DNA of 32,319 nucleotides, taken from contig NC_069007.1 of assembly GCF_001194135.2 (NCBI RefSeq), positions 10,057,641-10,089,959 on the forward strand, written 5' to 3'. This DNA comes from Octopus bimaculoides. Lineage: Eukaryota. Of the stretch, positions 12,200 through 23,070 are shown in pieces. The position numbers and the translations under genes are program-made. The notes below the pieces were generated by a model that did no database searches, was not told the DNA's origin, and saw nothing but the letters and a program-made list of their open reading frames with translations. Position 1 is the stretch's first letter. Each line of letters starts with the position of its first letter.

Positions 12200-12289
12200 A
12201 TAGACAATCAATGACCTCTGATATTAGCACAACGCCTCACAATTACAAGAATATCCAAAATTCACAAGATAAGCAATGCCAAGGGTTAA
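12200..12289. mobile_element. piggyBac-like MITE end (AGGG-TTAA)
   Basis: ...AATGCCAAGGG-TTAA mirrors the TTAA-CCCTT(T)(C/G)GCATT start at 17212. Confidence 0.4.
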
Positions 12290-12297
12290 ATAATTAC

Positions 12298-12464
12298 CTT
12301 ATTTTGTGCTTTCTTGTTGCTTTCTTGTCCTTCACAACCATTGCACTGTCCTCCGTTTCTCCATACTTCTCGATCCTGTACTGAAAAATGTTCTCTGCTG
12401 CTCGTCTTATTTGATGTTGCCGATATTGTCTCTCCCTCCTGGTAGGGGTTCCACTGCCGATTCC
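12298..12464 (-). CDS. DNAJC28: DNAJC28-like coding exon (55 codons + 2 nt, phase 0-2)
   Basis: Translates GIGSGTPTRRERQYRQHQIRRAAENIFQYRIEKYGETEDSAMVVKDKKATRKHKI, continuing in frame from SFE; recalled human sequence is [29 protein letters not shown]. Acceptor ttcctgcttttaaatag| at 12465-12466; donor AG|gtaatt at 12297. Confidence 0.87.
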
Positions 12465-12534
12465 CTATTTAAAAGCAGGAAAAAAAGGAGGGCTCAAAAT
12501 ATTTTTAAATTGCTATTTCAAGCGGAGTAAACTT

Positions 12535-12935
12535 AGTCATTCTTGTATTTGTTTCAGTCATTTGACTGCAGCCATGCTGGAGCACTGCCTTGGACAAATC
12601 AACACCAGGACTTTTTTTTTTTCTAAAGATTAGTACTTATTCTATCAGTCACCTTTTCCAAACTGCTAAGCTACAGGGATGTAAACACCAACATCAGTTG
12701 TCAAGTGGTGAAGTGGGGGAGATAAACAAAGATACACACACACACACACAAACACACACATATATATATATATGTGATAGGCTTCTTTCAGTTTCTGTCT
12801 ACCAAATCCACTCATAAAGCTTTAGTGAGCCCAAGGCTATAGTAAAAAACACACTTGCCCAAGGTGCCATGCAGTGGAACTGAACCCAGAAACATGTAAT
12901 TGGGATGCAAACTTCTTACCACACAGTCATGCCTG
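12535..12935 (-). mobile_element. SINE family A, near full length
   Basis: Spans the tail (TTTCAGTCATTTGACTGCAGCCATGCTGGAGCAC) to the tRNA head. Confidence 0.8.
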
Positions 12936-13075
12936 TACCTAGCCATGCTGTACCTTTTCTAGATTAAAGCTTTATTGGAAAAGAAAATTTAAGTAAATGT
13001 AACAAGCTGTTTACATTAATTTTCAGTATACGCATTACCATTTCACTAATGTTTATGATAATAAAAATATACACT

Positions 13076-13218
13076 CTTTTCTACTCTAGGCACAAGGCCT
13101 GAAATTTTGGGAGAGGGGTCCAGTTTATTAGATCAACCCAGTACACAACTGGTACTTAATTTATCGACCCCAAAATGAGGAAAGGCAAAGTCGACTTTCG
13201 TGGAATTTGAACTCAGAG
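13076..13218 (-). mobile_element. SINE family B, partial
   Basis: GGCCTGAAATTTTGGG...CTGGTACTTAATTTATCGACCCC...GGAATTTGAACTCAG. Confidence 0.75.
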
Positions 13219-13500
13219 CAACCCCTCATATATATATATTTTATATATACATGAGGGGTATTGAAAAGTTTCTAGCTTTGGGTAAAAGAAAATGGAAGAG
13301 GATCAGTTAATTATGATTTTATTCAACATATTCCCCTCTCAGATTCACACACTTATTCCAGCAGTCCTTCAGTTTTTCTATGACCTGTGAAAGAACTTGG
13401 AAGGTTGAGCCTCCAACCAGGCCTTTTGTGATCCCTTTAAAGCCAGGAACTTTTCAACCCTCGCTTTGTATATGCACATGCATATATACATACTATAAAT

Positions 13501-13566
13501 AGGTGCAGGAGTGGCTGTGTGGTAAGGAGCTTGCTTCCCAACCACATGGTTCTGGGTTCAGTCCCA
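13501..13566 (+). mobile_element. SINE family A head, truncated by gap
   Basis: AGGTGCAGGAGTGGCTGTGTGGTAAG...GGTTCAGTCCCA. Confidence 0.75.
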
Positions 13567-14081
13567 NNNNNNNNNNNNNNNNNNNNNNNNNNNNNNNNNN
13601 NNNNNNNNNNNNNNNNNNNNNNNNNNNNNNNNNNNNNNNNNNNNNNNNNNNNNNNNNNNNNNNNNNNNNNNNNNNNNNNNNNNNNNNNNNNNNNNNNNNN
13701 NNNNNNNNNNNNNNNNNNNNNNNNNNNNNNNNNNNNNNNNNNNNNNNNNNNNNNNNNNNNNNNNNNNNNNNNNNNNNNNNNNNNNNNNNNNNNNNNNNNN
13801 NNNNNNNNNNNNNNNNNNNNNNNNNNNNNNNNNNNNNNNNNNNNNNNNNNNNNNNNNNNNNNNNNNNNNNNNNNNNNNNNNNNNNNNNNNNNNNNNNNNN
13901 NNNNNNNNNNNNNNNNNNNNNNNNNNNNNNNNNNNNNNNNNNNNNNNNNNNNNNNNNNNNNNNNNNNNNNNNNNNNNNNNNNNNNNNNNNNNNNNNNNNN
14001 NNNNNNNNNNNNNNNNNNNNNNNNNNNNNNNNNNNNNNNNNNNNNNNNNNNNNNNNNNNNNNNNNNNNNNNNNNNNNNNNN

Positions 14082-14125
<44 letters not shown>

Positions 14126-14499
14126 GCATATATATATAAATATATTCTAATTCACCTTTAGTTTATATTCTTATCATTTATTTATTTATTTATATATTTA
14201 TTTATTGTGTCCTTTCTTCTCCACAATCAATGAGACATTCCATTGTTTCCCTTTATCGATGTTGTTATTTATTTTCCAGAGTTAACAGACCGTTCTACAC
14301 TTGGTACTGAAACATTGATTGAAATTGAACGCACGTCACTTCCTATTATACACACATCTCGTGACAGTTTTTTACATTCAATAACGCAAAGAGAGAGAGA
14401 AAGAGATAGATACAGAGAGAGATGTCTTAATTGACTGAACTGTAAAGTCATCCACGTGAAGACATATCTTCGCTTATAATATTATATACGCATGTATGT

Positions 14500-15048
14500 T
14501 TGGCTGCGTCTGTGTTTCACCCGGTGCTGGTTTGCTTATGTTCCCCTTGCATAGCAGTCAGTTCAGCAGAAGAGACCAATAGTATAAATACAAGACTCTA
14601 AAAAAAAAAGTGGAAAAAAAAACTACAGGTGCCAATTGATTTGACTAAAAATTCAAGGCGGTGCCCCAGCATGGCCGTAGTCTAATGACTGAAAGATAAT
14701 AAAATAATAAAACGATAATAAAAAAAATACGACCCCTAATAATATTTAACTAGCGGGACCTGCGAATATTTCACGGAATTAATAGTAAACGTTTATGTAT
14801 ATGTGTATATATATATATATGTATGTGTGTGTATATGTTTGTGTGTGTGTGTTTGTCCCCTCACCATCGCTTGACAACCGATGCTGATGTGTTTACGTCC
14901 CTGTAATTTAGCGGTTCGGCAAAAGAGACCGATAGAATAAGTACTAGGCTTACAAAGAATAAGTCCTGCTATCGATTTATTTGACTAAAGACAGTACTCC
15001 AGCATGGCCGCAGTCAAATGACAGAAACAAGTAAAAGAGTAAAGAGAG
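14500..15048 (+). mobile_element. Two 3' halves of SINE family A (about 14500-14700 and 14835-15048)
   Basis: Both carry GGCGGTG/CAGTACTCC...CAGCATGGCCG(T/C)AGTC tails; the second is close to the reverse complement of 1-150. Confidence 0.7.
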
Positions 15049-15123
15049 TAAGTATGTATGTGTATATATATATGTGTGTGTGTATATAGATATATGTGCA
15101 TGTGTGTGTACAGATATATATAT

Positions 15124-15174
<51 letters not shown>

Positions 15175-15224
15175 CACACATAAATATATAGAAAGATATA
15201 TCCCCATACATATATTATACATGA

Positions 15225-15330
15225 CAGGCTTCCACACAATTTCCATCCACTAATTCCACTCACAAACCATTGGGCAATCTGGAGCTATACCATGCAGTGG
15301 GACTGAACCTGAAACCATGTGGTTGCAAAG
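15225..15330 (-). mobile_element. SINE family A head with internal deletion
   Basis: CAGGCTTCC...CCACTCACAAA...CCATGCAGTGGGACTGAACC...CCATGTGGTTG. Confidence 0.6.
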
Positions 15331-15419
15331 CAAGCCTTGAAACCCCTTAAGCCCTGTACAGAAGAACAGCATTATGGAAGTGGATCACAAACCCATTTAG
15401 TCAGTGGTGACATTAATGG

Positions 15420-17080
15420 AAACAACAACAATAATGACAACAGGAATAAAGATGAAAGTCACATTCAATGATATAGTCCTAGATACACTATGTCTGAATA
15501 AAAGATTGGATCATCATGGCTGGAGCAGCTTAAATTATAGGTAAACAAGATCAAAGTTAAATAACCAAAACAACAAAAATGACAGGTCACATTGGATAAT
15601 GTAGTCCAAGATACACTATGTCACTATGTCTGAATAAAAGGAAGGATGGTCACAGCTGGAGCACTTTTTGATTATAGGTAAACTCAATCGAGGTTAATTA
15701 GAACAATGACAACAAATGTCACATTGACTAATGTAGTCCTACATACACAACGTCTGAATAATATGCAGGATGGTCACAGGTGGACAGTCTCTGAGCATAG
15801 GTAAACTTGATCAAAGCTGATCTGTGGCCACACAACCAGAACAACAAAAACAATGACAACAAACGTCACATCAAATAATGTAGTCCTTAATACACTGTGT
15901 CTAAACAAAAGACAGGATGGTCACAGTTGGAGCACTTTTTAATAATCAATAAACTCAGTCAAGGTTAAACGATCAGAACAATGACAACTAATGTCACATT
16001 AGATAATGTAATCCTAGATACACTGTGTCTGAACATAGGGCAGGATGGTCACAGGTGGACTGTCTTTAATTATAGGTAAATTGAATCAATATTAAATAAC
16101 CAGAGCAGCAGGGACAACAACAACAACAACGGTAATGTGGTCCTACATACACTAATCTGAGTAAAAGACTGGATGGTCACAGATGGACTGTCTTTAATTA
16201 TAAGTACACTCGATCAAAACTGACTTGAGACTGTACAACCAGAGCAAGAATAACAATGAAAACAAATGTCACATTGAATAGTGTAGTCCCTGGCACACTG
16301 TTGTTGTTGGCAATCCGTCGCTTACGACGTCGAGGGTTCCAGTTGATCCGATCAACGGAACAGCCTGCTCATGAAATTAACGTGAAAGTGGCTGAGCACT
16401 CCACAGACACGTGTACCCTTAATGTAGTTCTCAGGGATATTCAGCGTGACACAGTGTGACAAGGCTGACCCTTTGAATTACAGGCACAACAGAAACAGGA
16501 AGTAAGAGTGAGAGAAAGTTGTGGCGGAAGAGTACAGCAGAGTTCACCACCATCCCCTGCTGGAGCCTCGTGGAGCTTTAGGTGTTTTCGCTCAATAAAC
16601 ACTCACAACGCCCGGTCTGGGAATCNNNNNNNNNNACAGCCTGCTCATGAAATTAACGTGAAAGTGGCTGAGCACTCCACAGACACGTGTACCCTTAATG
16701 TAGTTCTCGGGGATATTCAGCGTGACACAGTGTGACAAGGCTGACCCTTTGAATTACAGGCACAACAGAAACAGGAAGTAAGAGTGAGAGAAAGTTGTGG
16801 CGGAAGAGTACAGCAGAGTTCACCACCATCCCCTGCTGGAGCCTCGTGGAGCTTTAGGTGTTTTCGCTCAATAAACACTCACAACGCCCGGTCTGGGAAT
16901 CGAAACCGCGATCCTATGCCCGCGAGTCCGCTGCCCTAACCACTGGGCCATTGTGCCTCCACACCCTGGTACATTATGTCTGAATAAAAGATGGGATGGT
17001 CACTATTGGAAAGACCTTTAATCATAGAAACCAATGCAATCAGAGAGGACCTGAAGAACTAAAACAACAACAATAAAAAA
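15420..17080. repeat. Diverged tandem satellite, 7 units of about 128-147 bp, interrupted by a SINE
   Basis: Recurring GTCACATT..AATGTAGTCCT.GATACACT.TGTCTGAATAAAAG..GGATGGTCACAG; anchor motif TAGTCC (or variant) at 15474, 15602, 15734, 15881, 16009, 16138 and 16284. Confidence 0.85.
16300..16963 (-). mobile_element. tRNA-derived SINE family C inserted in the satellite; internal duplication around a 10-N gap
   Basis: Reverse complement of 18216-18576. Imperfect 12-bp flanking repeat CCCTGGCACACT (16288-16299) / CCCTGGTACATT (16964-16975). Confidence 0.85.
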
Positions 17081-17211
17081 TTCCATCAAGACTGACTTTG
17101 CTTGTCACCCTTTCATGGAGGATAAAATAAGTAGCAGTAGAGCAATGGGGTTGATGTAACAGACTATCCCGTCACCTAAAGTTGCTCATCTTGTACCAAA
17201 ATTGGAAACCA

Positions 17212-17355
17212 TTAACCCTTTCGCATTTAAACCGACCATATCCAGCTCAAATATTCTACCTGTTTTATCATCAAATCAGCCAGATCTGGCCTCTCACACC
17301 TACCTTACAATGTCATTCTAAAAATAAATAATCGCGCCTTTGAAATCTCAAAGCC
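17212..17355. mobile_element. piggyBac-like MITE, left part
   Basis: Starts TTAA-CCCTTTCGCATTTAAACCG; TTAA target and CCC terminus are piggyBac hallmarks. The other end was not found nearby. Confidence 0.45.
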
Positions 17356-17370
17356 ACGAGATAGTACATG

Positions 17371-17460
17371 GTCGATGAATTAAGTACCAGTGAAGTACTG
17401 GGGTCGATGTGATCACCTATCCTCTCCCCACCAAATTTCAGGCCTTTAGTAAAAAGGATT
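17371..17460 (+). mobile_element. SINE family B 3' part
   Basis: GTCGATGAATTAAGTACCAG...GGGGTCGAT...AAATTTCAGGCC...AAAGGATT, followed by (ATT/ATC)n. Confidence 0.65.
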
Positions 17461-17463
17461 ATT

Positions 17464-17498
<35 letters not shown>

Positions 17499-17502
17499 TA
17501 TC

Positions 17503-17561
<59 letters not shown>

Positions 17562-17588
17562 TATTATTATTATTATTATTATTTAATT
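17458..17588. repeat. (ATC)n/(ATT)n compound microsatellite
   Basis: Directly visible; explains the poly-His and poly-Met ORFs. Confidence 0.95.
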
Positions 17589-18215
17589 NNNNNNNNNNNN
17601 NNNNNNNNNNNNNNNNNNNNNNNNNNNNNNNNNNNNNNNNNNNNNNNNNNNNNNNNNNNNNNNNNNNNNNNNNNNNNNNNNNNNNNNNNNNNNNNNNNNN
17701 NNNNNNNNNNNNNNNNNNNNNNNNNNNNNNNNNNNNNNNNNNNNNNNNNNNNNNNNNNNNNNNNNNNNNNNNNNNNNNNNNNNNNNNNNNNNNNNNNNNN
17801 NNNNNNNNNNNNNNNNNNNNNNNNNNNNNNNNNNNNNNNNNNNNNNNNNNNNNNNNNNNNNNNNNNNNNNNNNNNNNNNNNNNNNNNNNNNNNNNNNNNN
17901 NNNNNNNNNNNNNNNNNNNNNNNNNNNNNNNNNNNNNNNNNNNNNNNNNNNNNNNNNNNNNNNNNNNNNNNNNNNNNNNNNNNNNNNNNNNNNNNNNNNN
18001 NNNNNNNNNNNNNNNNNNNNNNNNNNNNNNNNNNNNNNNNNNNNNNNNNNNNNNNNNNNNNNNNNNNNNNNNNNNNNNNNNNNNNNNNNNNNNNNNNNNN
18101 NNNNNTGGAATTATTGAATATTGAGAATTAACAGTTCATTGACATGGGTTTTAATTTTGTTAAGAGCTACCAAAGACTATCTTTTATCTTTTTTTTATCT
18201 TGTACTTGTTCTAGT

Positions 18216-18576
18216 GTGGAGACGCAATGGCCCAGTGGTTAGGGCAGCGGACTCGCGGTCATAGGATCACAGTTTCGAATCCCAGACCGGGCGTTGTGAG
18301 TGTTTATTGAGCAAAAACACCAAAAGCTCCACGAGGCTCCGGCAGGGGATGGTGGCGAACCCTGCTGTACTCTTCCACCACAACTTTCTCTCACTCTTAC
18401 TTCCTGTTTCTGTTGTGCCTGTATTTCAAAGGGGCCAGCCTTGTCATGCTGTGTCACACTGAATATCCCAGAGAACTATGTTAAGGGTACACGTGTCTGT
18501 GGAGTGCTCAGCCACTTGAACGTTAATTTCACGAGCAGGCTGTTCCGTTGATCGGATCAACTGGAACCCTCGACGT
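18216..18576 (+). mobile_element. SINE family C, full head, 3' end truncated and fused to an RTE-like fragment
   Basis: A-box TGGCCCAGTGG and B-box-like GTTTCGAATCC. It lacks the last ~25 nt seen in the 16300 and 30818 copies. Confidence 0.85.
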
Positions 18577-19025
18577 GTGCAAGAGAGAAGACTGCGTTGG
18601 TTTGGTCATGTGATGTATACAGATGTAGACAGTTGCATACAGAAGTGCCGATCACTTCAAGTGGATGAAGCTTGTGGAAGAGGGAGACCCAGGAACACAT
18701 GGGGTGAAATATTGAAGACCAAACTCAAGACACTGAGCCTTATATGTCTGGCACTTTGCTGTACTTAAGAAGACCCATCCACTATAGCTGGTGCCACATG
18801 AAAAATACTATGGAGCTCCTAGCCCTACCAGCTCCATAGTGCCACATATAAAGCACCCAGTCCACTCTGTAAAGTGGTTGGCATTAGGAAGGGAATCCAG
18901 CTATAGAAGCCATGCCAGAACAGACAATGGAACTTTGTGTGACACCCGGCCTTACCAGTTCCTATCAAACCATTCAGCCCATGCCAGCATGGAAAACAGA
19001 CGTTAAATGATGATTGTGATGATGA
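18575..19025 (+). mobile_element. RTE-like LINE 3' end: ORF C-terminus plus family E 3' UTR
   Basis: ORF 18577-18768 reads QERRLRWFGHVMYTDVDSCIQKCRSLQVDEACGRGRPRNTWGEILK; (GAT)n tail at about 19008-19026. Confidence 0.85.
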
Positions 19026-19029
19026 TTCC

Positions 19030-19160
19030 ATGGTGGCATGGTTTGACAGGATCCAACATGTCCAAGGGCTGCATCATGCTCCATTGTTTATTTTGGTAAG
19101 GTTTCTACAGCTGAACACCCTTCATAACACCAACCACTTTACACAATGGACTGAGTCCTT
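19030..19160 (-). mobile_element. Family E fragment, inverted relative to the preceding copy
   Basis: GGTTTGACAGG...GGTTTCTACAGCTGAACACCCTTCATAACACCAACCACTTTAC. Confidence 0.65.
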
Positions 19161-19562
19161 CTTCATTTCACCAGCAAGAACACCGTGCAACTTGCAAGAT
19201 TATAAACCCCAAGGGAGGTGGCTTTTATGCAAGATGAGGAGGGGTTAAAGTATGAGGGAAGGGGTCAGAGCAGAACAGGTTTCTCTACTGTAGAGGGGTT
19301 ACATAACTACTCACTTTCCAGATGAGGAGCTGAGGTTGATTGGGGTAAAGTGGGAAGAGATAAAAACAGAAGTGGATTCTCAAGGTACAAGAGGTGAATA
19401 AAAATGGATGGGAGTAAAAAGAACTGGGAACATGGGTTTAGAATTTGCAAGAGTATATAAGAAAGAAAGAGAGCATGTATTTATACTGCACATGTATAAT
19501 TAATAAAACAAAGTAAACAATAATTTTTTTTTATTAATTTTTAATTCTTTTTTTTTCACAAA

Positions 19563-19760
19563 GGCAGCGAGCTGGCAGAACTGTTAGCACACTGGGCAAT
19601 AGTGGTATAAAATCTGTTTTTAAGTTCTGAGTTCAAATTCCACCAAGGTTGGCTTTGCTTTTCATCCTTTTGGAGTCAATAAAATAAGTACAAGTTGAGT
19701 ACCGGGGTCAATGTAATTGACTGTACCCCCTCCCCTCGAAATTTCCTGCTTTGTGCCTAT
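19563..19760 (+). mobile_element. SINE family B
   Basis: GGCAGCGAGCTGGCAGAA head, GTTCTGAGTTCAAATTCC B-box, GCTTTTCATCCTTTTGGAGTCAATAAAATAAGTAC. Confidence 0.8.
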
Positions 19761-19761
19761 T

Positions 19762-19966
19762 CTTTTACTTGTTTCAGTCATCTGACTGTGGCCATGCTGG
19801 AGTACTACCTTGAAGTGTTTTAGTCAAAGAAATCAACCCCCAGGTCTTATTTTTTAAGCCTGGTACTTATTTTTATCAGTCTCTTTTGCCAAACCACTAA
19901 GTTACAGAGATGTAACCACACCAACACCAGTGGTCAAGTGGGGTTGGGGGACAAACACAAAGACAT

Positions 19967-20009
<43 letters not shown>

Positions 20010-20150
20010 CAACAGGCTTCTTTCAGTTTCCATCTACCAAATCCACTCACAAGGTTTTGGCTGGCCCAAGGCTATACTAGAAGACACTTGTCCATGGTTC
20101 CATGCAGTGGGACTGAACCCGGAACCATGTGGTTGGGAAGCAACCTTCTA
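19762..20150 (-). mobile_element. SINE family A, near full length
   Basis: Tail-to-head match with 12535-12935; interrupted near its 5' end by a family B copy. Confidence 0.8.
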
Positions 20151-20380
20151 ATTTCTTTACTGCCCACAAGGGGCTATACACAGAGGGGACAAAGAAGGAC
20201 AGACAAACAGATTAAGTCGATTATATCGACCCCAGTGCGTAACTGGTACTTATTTAATTGACCCCGAAAGGATGAAAGGCAAAGTCGACCTCGGCGGAAT
20301 TTGAACTCAGAACGTAGCGGCAGACGAAATACCGCTGAGCATTTTGCTAGGTGTGCTTATGTTTCTACCAGCTTGCCGCT
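20151..20380 (-). mobile_element. SINE family B nested in the family A head
   Basis: Closely matches 2236-2448 (GCCCACAAGGGGCTA...GAGGGGACAAA...GCAAAGTCGACCTCGGCGGAATTTGAACTCAGAAC). Confidence 0.85.
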
Positions 20381-21052
20381 TCTTGCTACACCGAGAATTA
20401 TTTAAAAAAATTTTAACTTTAAAAGTTTATTTGATTTTAATTTTCAATGCAAAGAGCATGAAAAGTGTGCTAGGAATTAATTGTTCAGCCCTAGAAAGCA
20501 TCAAAAATGGCTAATATTTCCTTCAAACTTTGCTTTTCTTATGATATTTATTCAAGCCCCAAAGAATCCCTCTCAACACATGGTTATGATGCTCCGCCAC
20601 TACTGCTGTTCGTCATCAGAGATGCACATATTGTCTGCCAATAAGGGACATGCTCAAGTGGCTAAGGTCAAGCAACTGACAATCAAATCTGTGGTATTGA
20701 GCAGAATATTTGTTATAACGATATTTCTGCTTCAGCAACTCAGTGCTGAATCTGTCTGAAATGTAATGGAAAATAGGTCAGTTTCAAAACATTGATGTCC
20801 AGATTACAGAAGCAAAGTTTGAAGGGAATAGTAGTCATTTCCTTTGATTTTTAGACAAAAACAAATAGGAAGTAACACTTACTGACCAAAGACAAAAAAA
20901 GAATAATAAAATTTTGTTAGTGTTGTTAACTTTCTTTGTAAAGAGCATCAGAAGCATTTTTTTGGATATGCAGTGTGTTACAAAAAGCAAAAAGATTCAG
21001 ATTCTCTGCAGTAGGAAGAAACAAAAGGAATCACTACCAAAACAAAACTTAC

Positions 21053-21163
21053 TTCAAAGCTGAGGTAATGTCGATGGTGTGGAGACAGACGTTCAATTTT
21101 CTCACTGTCTTCATCTTTTAGAGGTATTTCTGGTTTGGAAACCTGATGCTGTTGTAAGTTCCT
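21053..21163 (-). CDS. DNAJC28: DNAJC28-like coding exon (37 codons, phase 0-0)
   Basis: Not in the ORF track. Translates RNLQQHQVSKPEIPLKDEDSEKIERLSPHHRHYLSFE; PHHRHYLSFE matches the recalled DNAJC28 motif PQHRHYLSFEG. Acceptor aatttctag| at 21164-21165; donor GAA|gtaagt at 21052. Confidence 0.87.
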
Positions 21164-21984
21164 CTAGAAATTATAATTATAATTCAAATTTTAGCAAATC
21201 ATTTGTTAATTATTGTCTATTTCTTTGTTGTCATTAATAGCTGAAGAAAAAAATCAATGAAATTATTAGTTAGAGTTTGATTTCTGTCTTATTTAATTAT
21301 TGTAATTAGTGAACAACATTATAATTATCAGGTCATCCCATAAGTAATGTCTGAACTTCTATATTTTCAATTTGTAAATGCTTTAACAGTATTTTAGAAT
21401 GTCTAATGGCATCAAGCAATATTTATATGTATTTGGACATATTTCAACTAATTAAATTTCATTTTGCAGGATGATCTAATTAAAATTTCACTAATTATAG
21501 CTTTCCAAACATGGAAGTGTTTAAGGAGCATTTGAAGCACATAATGTCTTTAATAATTAGAGATGTCTAATAGGGCTAATCACTGGTTCAGTGCATTTCT
21601 TATGGCAACAGCGACAAGAGAGTATCTATAACTCAGTGCAGAACAAATATTTTATAGGACTTCTTTTTTAAAACCCTGCTTTTTCGATGTTCATATGATT
21701 ATATTCAAAGTTTATATTTTCCACTAGTGTGTGTTTGCTTATATGTTCATTCTCTCATTTCGTTTAACCTTTTTGCTAACATATTTTTTACCTCCTTCAT
21801 TAGTCTTCCTACTCACTCTCCTTCTCTTTCTCATCTCACCACCATCCAGGATGCTCACAAACAACAAATGATCCCCTCCTCTACCATCACCCTCGTCATT
21901 CTGCCTCCCTCATCCTTCACTGTAGGTAATGTTGATGGTGACAACAGACAACAGAACCATGTACAGCTTCCAGCCATACCAGGT

Positions 21985-22167
21985 CCATGGTGCCACATAA
22001 AAGGCACCCAGTCCATTCTCTAAAGTGGTTGGCATTAGGAAGGGCGTCCAGTCGTAGAACCCATTCTACAACAGACAATGGAACTAGGTACAGCTCCCAG
22101 CCCTACCAGCTCCATAGTGCCACATATAAAGCACCCAGTCCACTCTGTAAACTGGTTGGCATTAGGA
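21985..22167 (+). mobile_element. Family E fragments with an internal partial repeat
   Basis: GTGCCACATA..AA.GCACCCAGTCCA.TCT.TAAA.TGGTTGGCATTAGGA occurs twice. Confidence 0.7.
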
Positions 22168-22659
22168 CCAATTTCGTCACTGTACCACATTTTCCCATCG
22201 CCAGAAGAGACTTCACTGAATTGTCTGTACCCAATTCACTATAAGTCAAGCTTTGTGCACTGCCACCCATCACTCCCTCTCCCTCAGGACCACTTTTCTT
22301 ATCATCTTTCATCTACTTTTGCTTTTGTGTCATCATCTATTCTTGTCTTTGTCCATCTCTGCAACAGTCCATCACTTGCCTTTTCTCTCCTCACCAATAC
22401 CTCTCTCTCTCTGCCTAAATACTCTAAATACAACCACACATTCTAGCCTTTCACTGTTTCACTTCTCGGTCACATTATCTGAGCAAAAGTACACATTACT
22501 GTCTACTTTTTACATTTAATGTGGACAAGGCACCCCCTCCTATGCAGGTACCAAGATGGAAAACCCCCTCCCTGTGCACACATTAGAGTGACTGGTAAAT
22601 GAGTAGATATAAAGTATGATTGAAAAATTACTTAGCTATGTCATAACAAGGACTTGGAA

Positions 22660-23070
22660 ACCTCTCTAATGCTGGTGCCATCGAAAATACACCCAGACTA
22701 TACTGGTGAATGGATGCAGGAAGTACAGGGTTGTGAGGATCCTTTAGTCATGTCTTACTTACAATTTATCAACCTCTCTAGTACTGGTGAGAGGAAAAAT
22801 ACACCCAGTGTATACTGGCAAATCAAGAGAGAAAATATAAAGTTGTAAGTATCTTCAGTTCTGCTTTGCTGAGGATTTATCATCCTTTCTAGTGCTGGTG
22901 CCATGAGAAAATACACCCAATACACAATGTAAAGTAGTTGGTGATAGGAAATGCACCTAGCTATAGAAACTATGCCAAAATGACATGTACAAGCACTAGT
23001 GCCAACCAAAAATTGAGTCCATTTGAGATGAACAATCCAATCTACCCCATGTCAGCATGGAAAGCAGATA
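22660..23070 (+). repeat. Three ~110-bp-spaced TCTA.TGCTGGTG...GAAAATACACCCA units leading into a decayed family E tail
   Basis: Motif near 22665, 22775 and 22888. Confidence 0.55.

Noticed and set aside
14270-14400. Plus-strand exon-like segment after ttttccag (ELTDRSTLGTETLIEIERTS...)
   Set aside because: No convincing donor, no recognisable protein similarity, and it runs into (GA)n.
15420-16290. CRISPR-like repeat-spacer array
   Set aside because: Units are similar along their whole length, with no unique spacers and no cas genes, in a eukaryotic context. The same applies to the palindrome array at 385-625.
16360-16901. Apparent 276-bp-period tandem duplication inside the family C SINE
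   Set aside because: Two copies differing at one base I could see flank a 10-N gap; most likely an unmerged contig or haplotype overlap. The same probably applies at 8965-8974.
17313-18131. Poly-His and poly-Met ORFs
   Set aside because: Translations of an (ATC)n microsatellite running into an N gap.
18216-18295. tRNA gene
   Set aside because: It has A- and B-box-like motifs but continues into a SINE body found in several copies. Other tRNA-like heads were rejected for the same reason.
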